Source: a virus. From it: a stretch of 64,000 bases of DNA. A model generated the notes under the pieces. That model saw only the letters and a list, made by a program, of their open reading frames with translations, was not told where the DNA came from and did no database searches. The stretch lies in IMG/VR virus record IMGVR_UViG_3300047157_000171; one strand, written 5' to 3'. Positions 1 to 12,443 of the stretch are shown here, piece after piece. The translations under genes and the position numbers were made by a program. Positions within the stretch are counted from its first letter, which is position 1, and every line of letters starts with the position of its first letter.

Positions 1-2
1 CT

Positions 3-1541
3 GTTGCTAAACCAATAATAGCACTCGATGGTGCTCTTAGAAAACAAGTAAATGTTAGTCTTGGTTTAACAGGTGGATTGGCTAGAGACCTTAGAACCGA
101 CATGATTGAGGTTGCTGAGGAGACCACAAAATATGGTATTCAAATAGAAGACGTTGCTGCTGCATACTCATCTTTTATAACCGACTTAGGGCTTGCGGTT
201 CCTATCAGTAGGGATGTTGCTGAAGGATTGATGTTACAATCCAAAGCCGTAGGGTTGAGTGCAACTCAAGCAGGTTCTTTCTTAGCTACCTTAACAAATT
301 TTGGGGTTGGTTTAGAAAAAGGACCTGAAACACTCAAAGAAATGGCTTCAACTGCGAGGTCAATGGGATTGTCTACCAACAAATTTATGAACTTTGCCAC
401 TACAAATTTAAAGATGATAAATACTTTAGGTTTTAGTAAGGGAATTAGAGGTTTTACTCAGATAGCCGCAAAGGCGTCTTCTATTGGTTACGACCTTGCT
501 AGTGCACAGTCCGCAGCTGAAAAACTTTTTGATATTGATGGTGCGGTTGAAATGGCGGCACAACTAAATGTTTTGGGGGGTGATTTTGGTAAGTTAGGTA
601 ACGCAATTGATTTAATGTTCTCACCAACGAACGACATGGAAGGGTTTACTAATTCATTAATGGATGCGACTAAACAGTTCGTTTCTTTTAATGCGGAGAA
701 AAACACATTTGATGTTAGTCCTTTAGATTTAAGACGAGCACGTGAATTTGCTAAAGTAACGGGGATGAGTATCGAAGAAGTTATACGAAGTGGTAAGAGA
801 TTGGCGAAGATGGATATGATAAAGGATAAAATATCTTTCTTACCAGATTTATCCGAAGACGAAAGAACATTAATAGGAAATTTAGGGTCTATAAGTGATA
901 GTGGTGAGGTTACTTTAAAAGGTAAAGTTGTTAGTGAAATGGGAAGTGTGGAACTTACAAACACACTTAGGTCTTTAAAACAAGAAGACAAGAAAAAGGC
1001 GATGACTGAGAAAGAAATATTAAACGAACAGTTAAATATGTTTAGTAAATCCGTTTATTATTTAAAGGCAATAGCATTACAGGTTACAGGTGCAGGAGAT
1101 GGTGGTGGCGCCTTTACTGCCGTTGGAGATGACTTAAACGATTTGGTATACGATATGATTAAAGACGATACCAAGAGAGAGGCTATGTTAGATAGTTTTA
1201 TGACGATGTTTGCCAAAAATGATATTAGAGGTATTGAGGCTAGTTTAGAAGCAAATGCTAAAACAGATGACCAAAAAATTGCGGTACAAGGAATTAAAGA
1301 CAAGATGCAGTCTTATATGGATGAATATCAAAAAGTTATGGGGGTATCGGCAAAAAATAGTGGTATCTCAGGGGTTGGTAGTTCTTTGAAAGAGAATGTT
1401 GAGGTTAAGCTTAGTCCAACGACAAATGTTAGTGTTACCATTGATAGTCAATTGGAGAAATTCACTAATGATGAAAGAAAAATACTTAAAAATTATGCTG
1501 CGAAAGTGATTGTGGATAATCAAGGAGATAGCGGTAGATAA
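3..1541 (+). CDS. Tail tape measure protein (5'-truncated)
   Basis: The frame of the 78..1541 ORF stays open to the window edge (VAKPIIALDGALRKQ...). Ala/Gly/Met-rich helical sequence lying directly upstream of tube/baseplate genes. Confidence 0.7.
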   Translation, partial: VAKPIIALDGALRKQVNVSLGLTGGLARDLRTDMIEVAEETTKYGIQIEDVAAAYSSFITDLGLAVPISRDVAEGLMLQSKAVGLSATQAGSFLATLTNFGVGLEKGPETLKEMASTARSMGLSTNKFMNFATTNLKMINTLGFSKGIRGFTQIAAKASSIGYDLASAQSAAEKLFDIDGAVEMAAQLNVLGGDFGKLGNAIDLMFSPTNDMEGFTNSLMDATKQFVSFNAEKNTFDVSPLDLRRAREFAKVTGMSIEEVIRSGKRLAKMDMIKDKISFLPDLSEDERTLIGNLGSISDSGEVTLKGKVVSEMGSVELTNTLRSLKQEDKKKAMTEKEILNEQLNMFSKSVYYLKAIALQVTGAGDGGGAFTAVGDDLNDLVYDMIKDDTKREAMLDSFMTMFAKNDIRGIEASLEANAKTDDQKIAVQGIKDKMQSYMDEYQKVMGVSAKNSGISGVGSSLKENVEVKLSPTTNVSVTIDSQLEKFTNDERKILKNYAAKVIVDNQGDSGR

Positions 1542-1577
1542 AAACAAAAAAATAATTAAGAATACTATATATAATAT

Positions 1578-4500
1578 ATGTCTAATTTAAATTTTACAAA
1601 TACTGAGATATTAAGAAACAGTTTACTAAGTAGGAATCTAGATAATTCTTATGGGGTTAGTACTCCTTTGCCTAATACTTTCACCGATTCCACATATGGA
1701 ATACAAGGTACTTCAGACCTTTCAGTAAATGACCAATTGGATGTTAGTGAAACGGCTGAACCAATCATAGACACGATTGGTGTTTTAAATCAATATGGTC
1801 CTGAACAATATAGTATAACAAGTATTCAAACGGTAATAAGTAGTATTGGTAGTCAATTAGACTATTTACAGAGTTTTGTTCCTTCACCGAGTAGAGGTAG
1901 TTTAGGGTTAATTTCAATATTAACGGGTGACGATAATGGTGAGGGTGATACTGAAATGGTTTCTATCGCACGTGCTCAACTTAGGGGTATGGCATTGGAA
2001 ACGATGGGTGTTAAGTTAAGAGAATCTACTTTAGGTAGAATTAACGCATTAGACGCTATTAATGACCCAACGGCTTTAGACGGGTTACTAACAGGTAGAG
2101 AAAATATCATTGAAAGAGATTACCAAATTACAGTCCCCGGTAATCCGATAACAAGAGCGGCAGAATATTTCGCAAGAGTTTCGGGGACACAGTTACCCGT
2201 TTCTTATATTCCTGGTGAGTTCTTTGAAGAAAATGTTGAAAAAGGTAAAGTTGAAGGGTTTTTAGATAAGGCTGGTTCTGCGATTGGTCAAGTATTAAAT
2301 TTAGACTTTAACAGTCACAAAAAAACATATAGTCAAAAACTATTACAATATACTTCGGGTGGTCAAAAATCAAGACTATTTAAATCCGTAAATTATAACA
2401 AATATAAACCAAACTTTGATAGTAGTGTTGGGGGTGTTTTAAACAATGTTGTTGGGTTTGTCCAAGGACTTGTAGGGTTAGACCCTTCAGATGGGTCTTT
2501 TTACGTTGGTTCGCCAGACTCAGACCCAGGAACAATCTTTAACTATGATAGTCAAAGTAACACACAAAAAGGGTTTATTGTTTCAGGACCGTCTAAGATG
2601 GTTAAAATGTTTGAGGGTGATATACCATTAAACACATACCCACAGAGTGGTAGAAAGTACTTAAACGGTACTAGACCAAGAAATACAGAAACCGATTTCA
2701 TTTGGATTGGTGATGGTAATGATATACCAAGAGGAACGATAGATGGTGTTTCCGTACAATCAAACGAGAAAACCATTAAAGAAGATACTCTTTTAGGGTT
2801 CACAGAAAAAATGGTTCAAGACGCATCCGCATTAGAGGGTGAAGCAAGATTAAAACATCCCGGTACTGTTATAAGTAACGTGGCCTATAAATATCATGAT
2901 GGGTACAAAATAATATCCAAAGGTAGTGGGGTTATAGGTGAGGATGATGACTTCTGTCGTGTATGGACTAAAGATTACGGTTATGACCGTTATGGAAGGT
3001 TGGTTAGACATAAAGGAATACAAAATAATCAGAGAAGGGTTCCTGGTTCTGTAATCAGGTCACAAATGATGTTAAATATCGGACCAACTAAAGATAATGA
3101 TGGAGAAAATATAAATTTTGGAACAGATAAAGAAGGTAAGAACTTAACTAAGTATATGTTCTCAATTGAGAATTTAGCGTGGGTTGGTTCTGACAAATTA
3201 AAAGACCGACCAATATGTGAACAAGGACCTAACGATGGTAGAATTATGTGGTTCCCTCCTTATGATTTAAAATATACTGATGATAATAGGGCGAGTTGGA
3301 CCTCACACACGTTCTTAGGTAGACCTGAACCCGTATATACATATAATAATTCAGAAAGAAGTGGTACTATTAATTTTAAAGTTGTTGTTGACCACCCTTC
3401 AATTGTTAATTTATTAAGAAAAAAATTAGAGAAGAATATACCAGTAGAAAAACAAGAGGAGATAATGACCGCTTTCTTTGCTGGTTGTAAAGATTATGAT
3501 ATTTACGAATTAGCGAGTGAGTTTAGTTCACTATCAATGAACGATGTTGAAAGGCTTGACGAATATTTAAAATTAGAAGGGGACTTAAAATCTGATGTAA
3601 AAGATGGAGAAAGAGTCATTGCTAAACCAGTAGAATCGGTGAAGAAAATTAAGTCTGTTTTTGAAGAAAAATATGATAGTAAAACGAAAGATATTCAGTT
3701 ATATTGGTTTAATGATGTGCCGGGACCAAACACAACGGCAGATAAGACACCTAATTCGGAGTTTGATAATGACCTTAATGGTTATATAGAAAGGTTTGAC
3801 GCACCTCAAGAAATAGATAGTGATTACCAAAAAAAGGTTAACGAACTTACAGACGATGATTTATTTGAAGGAGATGTTAATTGGGGGGAAAATGAATTAT
3901 TGAATTTTAAAGGTATTTTAGATAATATTAAATCGGTTGTTGAAGAATTAAAGACAACGGTTAAGGAGACCCTTAACCAAAAAGACGACGAAAAGGATAA
4001 ATTCACATTTGAAATAAAGATAAAAGCGACCACGTCTGCGGTTGCGACACAAGAATATAACGATGCTTTAGCTAGTAGAAGAGCGGAATCACTTAAGAAA
4101 TATTTGTTAGGGGATAAAGACCAAAAAAGGATATCTATAGTAATAGAATCAACAGGTGAAAATCCTAAATTCTCAGGTTTGAATTGTACTAAACTACAAA
4201 ATACGACTAAAGGTAAAATATACTCAAAATCGGCAACTTATTGTCGTACGGCAACCGCTAGTATTACTGTATTAGGTGAACCAACAGTTCCTGTATATAA
4301 GCCGGGAAAAACAGAACCAACATACAAGAAAGCGATAGATAAAATAGAAAAAAACCCTGAGAATAAAGACGGTTGGGATTTAATATTAAAAACTATTCAC
4401 TCTGAATGTGATTACTTTTTAGAATTAAAAGAAACTGACCCGTTGGTGTTTGGAAGCTTAGTGGAGAAATTAAAATATTTCCAACCAGGTTTTCACTCAA

Positions 4501-6173
4501 CAACACCTGAAGGGTTAAACTCACGATTAACATTCTTACAACAATGTTTAAGACCCGGTGAAACAATAAAAGTTTTTGATGAAAACAAAAATGAAGTTAC
4601 TGACCTATCATCAAATAGTGCGTTTGGGAAACCACCAATCTGTGTATTAAGAATTGGAGACTTTTTCCATACCAAAATGGTTGTTGATAATGTCAATTTT
4701 TCGTATGACGATGCGTTATGGGATATGAACCCTGAGGGTATTGGGATGCAACCAATGATTGCGTCTGTTAATATGGGGGTTAAGTTTATTGGTGGTCACG
4801 GTATTGGTGGTGCGGTTAACGAATTACAAAACGCATTATCGTTTAATTATTATGCGAACACAGAAGTTTATGATTGGATGTCGACTGAGACTGATGGTGG
4901 TAGAGACCCTAAAAAGGTTGAAGAAATTCAAAACGCGTATAAAGATAGAATGACTAAACAATTATCAGACAATTTAAATAACCCAGAAATATCAAAAGAT
5001 GATGACGAATATTGGGGTAATTTAATGGAAAGTGATACTGAAAATATTACATATAATCAGTTTTATAATAACTTTACTGAGAGTATTAATGATTACGCAA
5101 ACGAGTTAATCACACAAACAAATAACCTATATAACAAATTTGGTAACTCTGCAGTACGACTACTTTATGATAAAGAAAAAAGATGGAACATAAAATCCGT
5201 TACAAAATATAGTACGACTGATAGTGTTGAAATAGGGTATATTGGTAGAGATGATTATGATTACAATGAAGCTTATGATAAGATATTATTTCTCATTCAA
5301 TTAGTGGTTGATAATGTAAACGAATTTGCAGACGAAATCTACATCGAACTAAAGAAAACGATAAACTTCAATGAAGAGAAAAACGAAGAATATATAAAAA
5401 TAAATAAACACTTATTAAAAGAGGTTAAAAAGAAATTTTCCGATTTTGGAATACAAATACAGAATTCGATAAGTGAGGTACACAACAAACAGAAATCATT
5501 ACAAGAGTCGTTAGATGCTTTTAATATCATCTTAGGTGATGAAATTGATGGGTATAGAGGTAAAGACAACGAGTTTGTTGTGAAATACCTTAATAATCTA
5601 ACACAGGATAATGGAGATTTATCGGGTGATTTTGAATCTGTGTTAAATAAAACGAAAAAACTTTATGATGATTATGTGTCCACACTATCTGGCGAAAGTA
5701 AAGAATATGAAATAAGTTCTAAATCTGAATTAACAGACATAAGTAAAGGAAACATCACTTTAGATGCTGCTCTTTATTATTACAATGAATTACTACCCTT
5801 ATTTTTAAATGATGGTATACTTGATATTGATGAACAAATCAAAAACAATACGGAATTTGATAGACGTATTAGAAGAAAATTTGCAGAACAGTTAGTGATT
5901 ATAAAAAATAAAAACGTTAAGACTCTTAATGTTGATAGTGTTACTTGGGAAAACGTTGTTAAAACAAACCAAGTTTATGACTTTAGGTTAACCGAATCTA
6001 TTGACCCGTCAAACACTGAGATATTAAATGAATATTATAGACAAGTTAATCCTAATAAAGAGGATTCTAAGGGAATATGGAATCCATTTACAATGCCTAG
6101 TTTAGGTTCTCCAGATTCTGCGGTACTTTATAATCCGCCTAACCAATTTAGTAATGACCCTCAAATGGCCTAA
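1578..6173 (+). CDS. Large baseplate / tail-tube-initiator-like protein with an inserted OmpA-like domain
   Basis: Tube-like motifs WFPPYDLKYTD...W...FLGRPEPVYTY...RSGTINF and PPICVLRIGDFFHTKMVVDNVNFSY...QPMIASV flank an OmpA C-like motif YNDALASRRAESLKKYL. Confidence 0.6.
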   Translation: MSNLNFTNTEILRNSLLSRNLDNSYGVSTPLPNTFTDSTYGIQGTSDLSVNDQLDVSETAEPIIDTIGVLNQYGPEQYSITSIQTVISSIGSQLDYLQSFVPSPSRGSLGLISILTGDDNGEGDTEMVSIARAQLRGMALETMGVKLRESTLGRINALDAINDPTALDGLLTGRENIIERDYQITVPGNPITRAAEYFARVSGTQLPVSYIPGEFFEENVEKGKVEGFLDKAGSAIGQVLNLDFNSHKKTYSQKLLQYTSGGQKSRLFKSVNYNKYKPNFDSSVGGVLNNVVGFVQGLVGLDPSDGSFYVGSPDSDPGTIFNYDSQSNTQKGFIVSGPSKMVKMFEGDIPLNTYPQSGRKYLNGTRPRNTETDFIWIGDGNDIPRGTIDGVSVQSNEKTIKEDTLLGFTEKMVQDASALEGEARLKHPGTVISNVAYKYHDGYKIISKGSGVIGEDDDFCRVWTKDYGYDRYGRLVRHKGIQNNQRRVPGSVIRSQMMLNIGPTKDNDGENINFGTDKEGKNLTKYMFSIENLAWVGSDKLKDRPICEQGPNDGRIMWFPPYDLKYTDDNRASWTSHTFLGRPEPVYTYNNSERSGTINFKVVVDHPSIVNLLRKKLEKNIPVEKQEEIMTAFFAGCKDYDIYELASEFSSLSMNDVERLDEYLKLEGDLKSDVKDGERVIAKPVESVKKIKSVFEEKYDSKTKDIQLYWFNDVPGPNTTADKTPNSEFDNDLNGYIERFDAPQEIDSDYQKKVNELTDDDLFEGDVNWGENELLNFKGILDNIKSVVEELKTTVKETLNQKDDEKDKFTFEIKIKATTSAVATQEYNDALASRRAESLKKYLLGDKDQKRISIVIESTGENPKFSGLNCTKLQNTTKGKIYSKSATYCRTATASITVLGEPTVPVYKPGKTEPTYKKAIDKIEKNPENKDGWDLILKTIHSECDYFLELKETDPLVFGSLVEKLKYFQPGFHSTTPEGLNSRLTFLQQCLRPGETIKVFDENKNEVTDLSSNSAFGKPPICVLRIGDFFHTKMVVDNVNFSYDDALWDMNPEGIGMQPMIASVNMGVKFIGGHGIGGAVNELQNALSFNYYANTEVYDWMSTETDGGRDPKKVEEIQNAYKDRMTKQLSDNLNNPEISKDDDEYWGNLMESDTENITYNQFYNNFTESINDYANELITQTNNLYNKFGNSAVRLLYDKEKRWNIKSVTKYSTTDSVEIGYIGRDDYDYNEAYDKILFLIQLVVDNVNEFADEIYIELKKTINFNEEKNEEYIKINKHLLKEVKKKFSDFGIQIQNSISEVHNKQKSLQESLDAFNIILGDEIDGYRGKDNEFVVKYLNNLTQDNGDLSGDFESVLNKTKKLYDDYVSTLSGESKEYEISSKSELTDISKGNITLDAALYYYNELLPLFLNDGILDIDEQIKNNTEFDRRIRRKFAEQLVIIKNKNVKTLNVDSVTWENVVKTNQVYDFRLTESIDPSNTEILNEYYRQVNPNKEDSKGIWNPFTMPSLGSPDSAVLYNPPNQFSNDPQMA

Positions 6174-6178
6174 AAATT

Positions 6179-6496
6179 ATGCAGTACTACGATAGATATT
6201 CTGAATTTCATTTTAACGGAGAACACAAAGTTGTTCCGGCGATTAATCTGAATAAAAAAGGTTCTGATGTTGTTGTTACCTATAAAAAGGGTGTTTCAAG
6301 ATTGGATAAATTTTCACAACAATATTACGGGACACCGTTCTTTAATTGGTTAATATTACAGGCAAACCCAAAATATGGTGGTTTAGAGTGGAATATTCCG
6401 GATGGTGATACTATAATTATACCATTCCCTTTGGTCCCAACTTTAGAAGAGTATAAGACAAAGGTAGACGAATATTACTACTACTATGGCAGATAA
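6179..6496 (+). CDS. Baseplate LysM-like protein (T4 gp53 / P2 gpX-like)
   Basis: 105 aa with RLDKFSQQYYGTPFFNWLILQANP...IPDGDTIIIP, the typical gpX/gp53 pattern, in the expected position before the hub gene. Confidence 0.7.
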   Translation: MQYYDRYSEFHFNGEHKVVPAINLNKKGSDVVVTYKKGVSRLDKFSQQYYGTPFFNWLILQANPKYGGLEWNIPDGDTIIIPFPLVPTLEEYKTKVDEYYYYYGR

Positions 6497-9400
6497 AATA
6501 CAGAAAGGTAATATCTTTGTTCAGAAAGAGGAGAACAACTTAGTCATTATCGACCCGAATAAAGTACATACGGGTGGTAAGACAGGTGCTCCTGTTGACA
6601 GGTACGTACCTCAAGAAGATTTAGTTTATTTTGTTAACTTAGAAGCTAACCCTGTACCACGTAGTATTTTAGATGTTGGTGGGAACGAAGAAACGGTTAG
6701 GAACGTGGTTGCCTATGGTAAGGTAAATTACTTAGGGCCAAACGGTGGTAAACCAATGGACACTTCATGGACCGAAGATTTTTCGGGTAAAACAAATAGT
6801 AAAACTGCGATATCAGATACTAAGAGAGAATATTATACGGGCAATGTTGATTACGATTTCCAAATGGAGAATCAATATAATACTCAGTTATTGGGTATTA
6901 AAGATATTAAGATTGATACTAAACCCGACAATTTAAAAACCTCAATTATTACGATTAGAATGGTTGACGTTAGGGGACGTGCTTTATTTGATAAAGGACC
7001 TTCTTCGATTTACTCAACATTTTTTCATTTACCATATCCACAGTTTTATTTAACGGTTAAAGGTTATTATGGTGAAGCGATAACATATCAAATGGTATTA
7101 TCGGGACAAGTGAAAACTTCGTTTGAGAGTGATGGTGATTATTATGTCACTGCCTCATTTATGGCGACAAACCAAAAATTATTAAATGATATTCGATTAA
7201 AGGATGCCGAAGTGGCGCCTTATCTTTTTGAATATGTAAAACCAAAGACAGATGCTGACGGGGAGGTTAAAACTTGTAAATCAACCAAAGGGTTCGACAT
7301 ACTAAATCAAGTTTATCTTAATTACGGTAAAGATAATTTAATTAGTGAAAAGTTGGCTAAAAAACCATTAACATTACCACAGTTAAGTAAGTTAGTTAAA
7401 AGGTTAGATACATTCTTAGAGGATGATTTAATGGACGAAGCGGACATTAGTTTTTTCTCTGACATATCGGAGTATGGTAAAGTATTATCACAATTAAACA
7501 CTGCGGTTATTGAGTGGTTTAGTAAATTCTGTAACGTAAATAATCCAATACCTATTGATGACGATAAAGGAGGTCAATACTTTGAATTTAAAAAGGCGTA
7601 TCAGGGTGGGATTCTAAAAACAAAAGTAGGGGATAAGGTAACGGGTTCGTTTAATATCCTTGAAGACAAAAAATATAACCAATCGATATATACGATTATA
7701 GATGGATACCTTAAAAAGTTAAGTGAGATTAAGTATTTTGGTAAACATCAAAAACTTGTGTTAAAAACTGATGAAAAGGGAGGTATGAATGAAATCACAT
7801 ATACCTCAATAAACACGTCTAAATTAAATCATTCGTTATTGATTTATAATTTTAAGAAAAAACAAGTAAGAATTGATTTGTTTATTGATGAGTTAGAAAA
7901 AGTGATTAACACATATACTCGTGAATACGAACAAATTAAAGACCAAGTCGAAGAGGTTTTAAGTAATGTACAAAACAATTACTTAGGGTTTGAACCTACA
8001 CTTAAAAACGTGATGGGTGTTATATTGGCAAACACAGAGACGTTTTTAAAGGTTATGAAATATACTCACGACCTGTCTTATAAGCAAAGGTTTAATGGAG
8101 ACAGAAAAAAGGGTATTGATATGAAAGATAATCCCGATTCTGTTAATGATGTCGTCTATCCGTTTCCTACGATATATGATAAAAACAAAGAGGGTAGGTT
8201 AGAGGAGTATTATCCTGGTGACCCTGCGGTTAAGAGTAAATTAAAGGGTTACGACACTGCGACATGGCCTGAAGTTAAATTGGTTGAAGAGTATCTTTCA
8301 GCAGCAACAACGAATGGGGCTATATCATCAGAATTTTGTGATACCGCAACGACTGACAAAACATCTAAGGTCTCGGATAAAGTGAGATATGGTGTTTTAA
8401 CTAAGGATTTAACCGATAATGAGGGTGCGTTTAACGAGTCATCATTTTCAGGTTTAATATATAGATTATATAATAGAGCAATTTATTCTGTATTAGGTAC
8501 AGGGTTTTCTAAAAAGACTATTGATGTTATTGGTTACGAAGATGCTAATAATGGTAAATACTCTATCAATCGACTACTTAACGGTAAGAACTTATTTAAG
8601 GAAGGGGTAACTAATTTAAACGCATTGTTTGGTGGAGGTTATTTGGGTAAAGATATCCAACTAATAGAAACCGCTAAGAGTTTAATACTTACAAAATCCA
8701 CTGAGAAAGATATAGAAGACCGTAATAGTTTTACGGTAATTGACACAATTGTTGATGAAACCGTTGTTAAGATAAGTCCTTTTGCAAAGGCGGGGGACGT
8801 TTTAATGGAGGAGGTTAAAAAATACGAAACACACGGATTAGAGCCTTATCCATATACTAATGACGAATGGTGTAAAGACAATTTAAAAATTAACAAAACA
8901 AATAAGTTTAACAGAAAGGTTAGTACCACATATACGGAAAGTTTAAGGTATACGGTATCTAACTCGAACAAAGATGTTACAAAAGAAGATTTATTTCTTA
9001 GTTCAGACATAAATCCGTTACAAACACCTAATTTTGTTACAACAGATTCAGATATAACAAAAGCATATTGGTTATTAAATACGATACCAACTAAGTCGAT
9101 GACTGACATTTATGAAGGTGAGGATTCGCTTAAACAAAACTACTTCGCAAGATTTTTAGGTGGGGACATAAAAGAGGTCTCTAATGTACAATTATTAAAG
9201 TGGGGGTCTATGTGGTATAGATATACACATCAACTCGAAACTAATGAAGATATCTTAGATAATGTTTGGGGTGATTTAGACATTAGTGGGTATAGTCAAA
9301 ACCTATATGATATTAAAGGAAACAGTAACGGAGTTACACCTTTTTTAATTACGACATAACAAGTGAGAATATCTCTTTAGGGTTTTACCCTGAATTGATA

Positions 9401-12177
9401 ATTGACAAACTTAACAGGGTTATTAATGATGTTGAATTTGAGGTTGGGGGAATACAAGGGTATATTGATTCGGGTAAACTAGTTATTAAAAAAATAGGAA
9501 ACATTGTAACAACAGATTCTAGTCAAAGTATTGATTTGTATAGGTGTTATTATATAACAGAGGAAGGGATTATTAGATTACCTTCATACTCAGGACCTAT
9601 CACCCCTATTAGTGAAAATAAAATACCTGTGTTGGTTAACCGTTCAGTGTCAGAAGATTGGGACGGTCAGTTTGATAAAGGTGTGTTTGAAGATTTACCG
9701 TTCTCAACAGTAAGTAGACCAAAAACCGATGAGCATGTCATTAACAGTGAGGGTACACATTGTCATTGTCTTATGGTCATATTGAAAGTTTAGTGTCGTT
9801 GTTTAGTTATGAAACGTTAGAAAAGTTTAAAACAATGTTTATGGACTTTGCTAAGAGAAAATCAGACAACAATGTGGGGTCTTATGAGAATTTCTACTAT
9901 GAGTTATTAAAGTCGGATACCGAGTTAGAGGAGTCATTTGTAAAAAACAACATAGAAAACATTTCAAAAAATAAGGGTTTAATTGATGTTATTAAAATAT
10001 CGTTTGATAAAGCAATAGATGTAAAACTTTCGGTATTATCATCATATGTTGATAGTTTTGTAAAAGAACCGATTAAGTTTGCTGAGTTTAAAACAATCGC
10101 AATGGACGACAATTTATTCTTTAAGATAAATGGGTCTGTTAGTAGTGAGTTTGTTAATGGTGTAAGAAAAAGTTTTTTCGAGTTATCGGACATCGCACCT
10201 ACAGAACAAAACTTCAAGGACTTTAAGGGTATTATTAATGTATGGGCGGAATGGAAGTTATCGAACCCAAGTGGTGATATAGATGGGTTTAAGAGTTCTT
10301 TATTACCTACATTGACAGGTTTCATAGGTAAAATAGACGGGTATATTGACAATATATTCAAAAACTTTAGTGAGTTAATAAATGCCGAGGACGGTAACAG
10401 TGCATTGGAAAAAAGTGCTAGTGATATCTCAGGGGTTGAGTTACAGAAAATTACTTACCGTATATTAAAGAATATTAATGATACATGGATTGGTGGGTTC
10501 GATTGGGATAAGGCTAACTTAGCTAAGTTATTTAAATATCTTAATTACCTTAACGAACCAATAGGTGATAAGTTCCTTATGGATGTTAGAGTATTGAATA
10601 AATATTTTAATGAGTCAAATAAGGGAAAACCTATCGCGTCATTTATATCGATGATATTAAAAGATAATGCGTTATCAGAACCAATGTCATTTGCATCAAA
10701 TGTGAATTTCTACGGTAATTTAACTAACGCGGCTGAAAATATTAAAGACGCACAGAAATTAGCCAATGATGTGTTTGGTACACATACAACGGTTAATAAA
10801 AACGGATTACCTGGTTTTGTTGTGTTCTTTAGGTCAAACGAGTCCGAGTACTTAAACATTAAAAAACCAAACTTCAAATACGGTAGTGACGGTTTTGACA
10901 TTGCGGTTAAGAATCCAATATCGGATAAACCCACAGATGTAAAACAATTGAGAGAAGGTAATCGTGGAGTTGCGTTTAATGTTGACTTTGGAATTCAAAA
11001 CCAAAATATGTTTACAGATTTTAGTATTGAATCTTATGATGGGGTTAAATCGGGTGAAGAACTTATTGTTACTGAGAACATTGCCAATATGAGAAAAGGG
11101 ACCACTGCGTCTTCTATTTCTACAAACTTATTGGATGTTATGAAAACGAGAGTTTATCAGTGTTCTATCAAAATGATGGGTAATGCGATGATACAACCGT
11201 TTATGTATTTCAACTTAAGATATATACCGATATATTCAGGAACTTATTTTATTCTATCTGTCGAACATACACTTTCACCAGATTCAGGAATGATTACGAC
11301 GTTTAAGGGTGTAAGAATATCTAAGGCTAGTGTTTCTAACATCGATAAAGGGATGGTAAAAGCACGAAGAAATTTATTAGACAATTTAATAGAAAAATTA
11401 GTAACTAAGAAAAGGGCTACCGAACTTACAAAACCTAATGTTTATGGTGGTGATACTGAAAATCAAGGAAATACGAGTGTTAAACAAACTGCGGACGTTG
11501 GTTGTGTGGTTTCAAACTATTGGACTAATAACGGTAAGAATCCAATACCTAAGTATGATATACCAAACAGTCCTACGAGATTGACTGATTCAGAACTTAA
11601 AGGATTAATAGAGACGGCTGCTAGTCAGTTACCTAATTATAGTGATACTGTTAAGAATGGATTAATGGCAATGACATTTACGGTCTCTAAGAGAGAACAG
11701 GGTAGAGGTAACGGTGTAAGGTTCTTATACGATAACCCATTCGGATTACACTTAGACGGTGGTGGTCAGAGTACCTTTAGAGAGGAAATTAAAGGGTATT
11801 TCTGTCCTTCGACTAGTGATGGATATGCTAGGTCTACGGCAATATTCCATGATGTAAGTAAAGAAGAAAAGGTTGAAGATGGTATTGTAAGCGCATATAA
11901 AGCATTTATGAAGTCAATGAAGAAACGTGGGGAAACTTATTACGGAGCGAATCATTGGGAAAGTGAGAACTCCGCAAACCCTGAATATTTAGCTAGTTTA
12001 TGGGCGTTCTATTGGAATACTAGTTACAAAGCGATTAAAGATGAAGGGGATACGAAAGGTAACTTAATAAGTGAGTATGACAATGGTATGGTATCGTATA
12101 AGAATGGTACTAACAAAGACTATTCAGATGAGTTTGATACCTTTACTAAGTACAACGCTACTTTTAATAAACTATAA
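6486..12177 (+). CDS. Baseplate hub (gp27/gpD-like) with a possible C-terminal muralytic domain; appears split into 3 ORFs by two frameshifts
   Basis: ORFs 6486-9359, 9395-9793 and 9760-12177 join if one T is added at T6 9341-9346 and one G at G3 9751-9753. gpD-like motif MGNAMIQPFMYF...SGTYFILSVEHTLSPDSGMITTFKGVR. Confidence 0.6.
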
Positions 12178-12202
12178 AACCTGATATTTTAATATTTGGT
12201 TA

Positions 12203-12210
12203 TATTTATA
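12203..12210 (+). promoter_or_regulatory. Putative late promoter TATTTATA
   Basis: Motif starts 23 nt before ATG 12226 and recurs at similar spacing before other structural genes. Confidence 0.45.
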
Positions 12211-12225
12211 TATAAACACATTATT

Positions 12226-12432
12226 ATGGAAAATAATAAATTACAAAACGCATTAAATCAGTTTTTAGGTAGAAACGTTGTTGTTGAAGACAAAGGTGAC
12301 TATCAAGAAGTATGTGATTTACAAACAGGTGACTGTTACACTATCAGAACAAAAGACGGTTTAATCGAGAGACAAACAAGATTAGATAAAAAATTTATAA
12401 CTGAGGACGGTAGAACGTTACTTAGAGGGTAA
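12226..12432 (+). CDS. Hypothetical protein (68 aa)
   Basis: ATG 12226 follows the TATTTATA motif and an AT-rich leader, so it is preferred over 12196. Confidence 0.6.
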   Translation: MENNKLQNALNQFLGRNVVVEDKGDYQEVCDLQTGDCYTIRTKDGLIERQTRLDKKFITEDGRTLLRG

Positions 12433-12443
12433 TATTATATATT

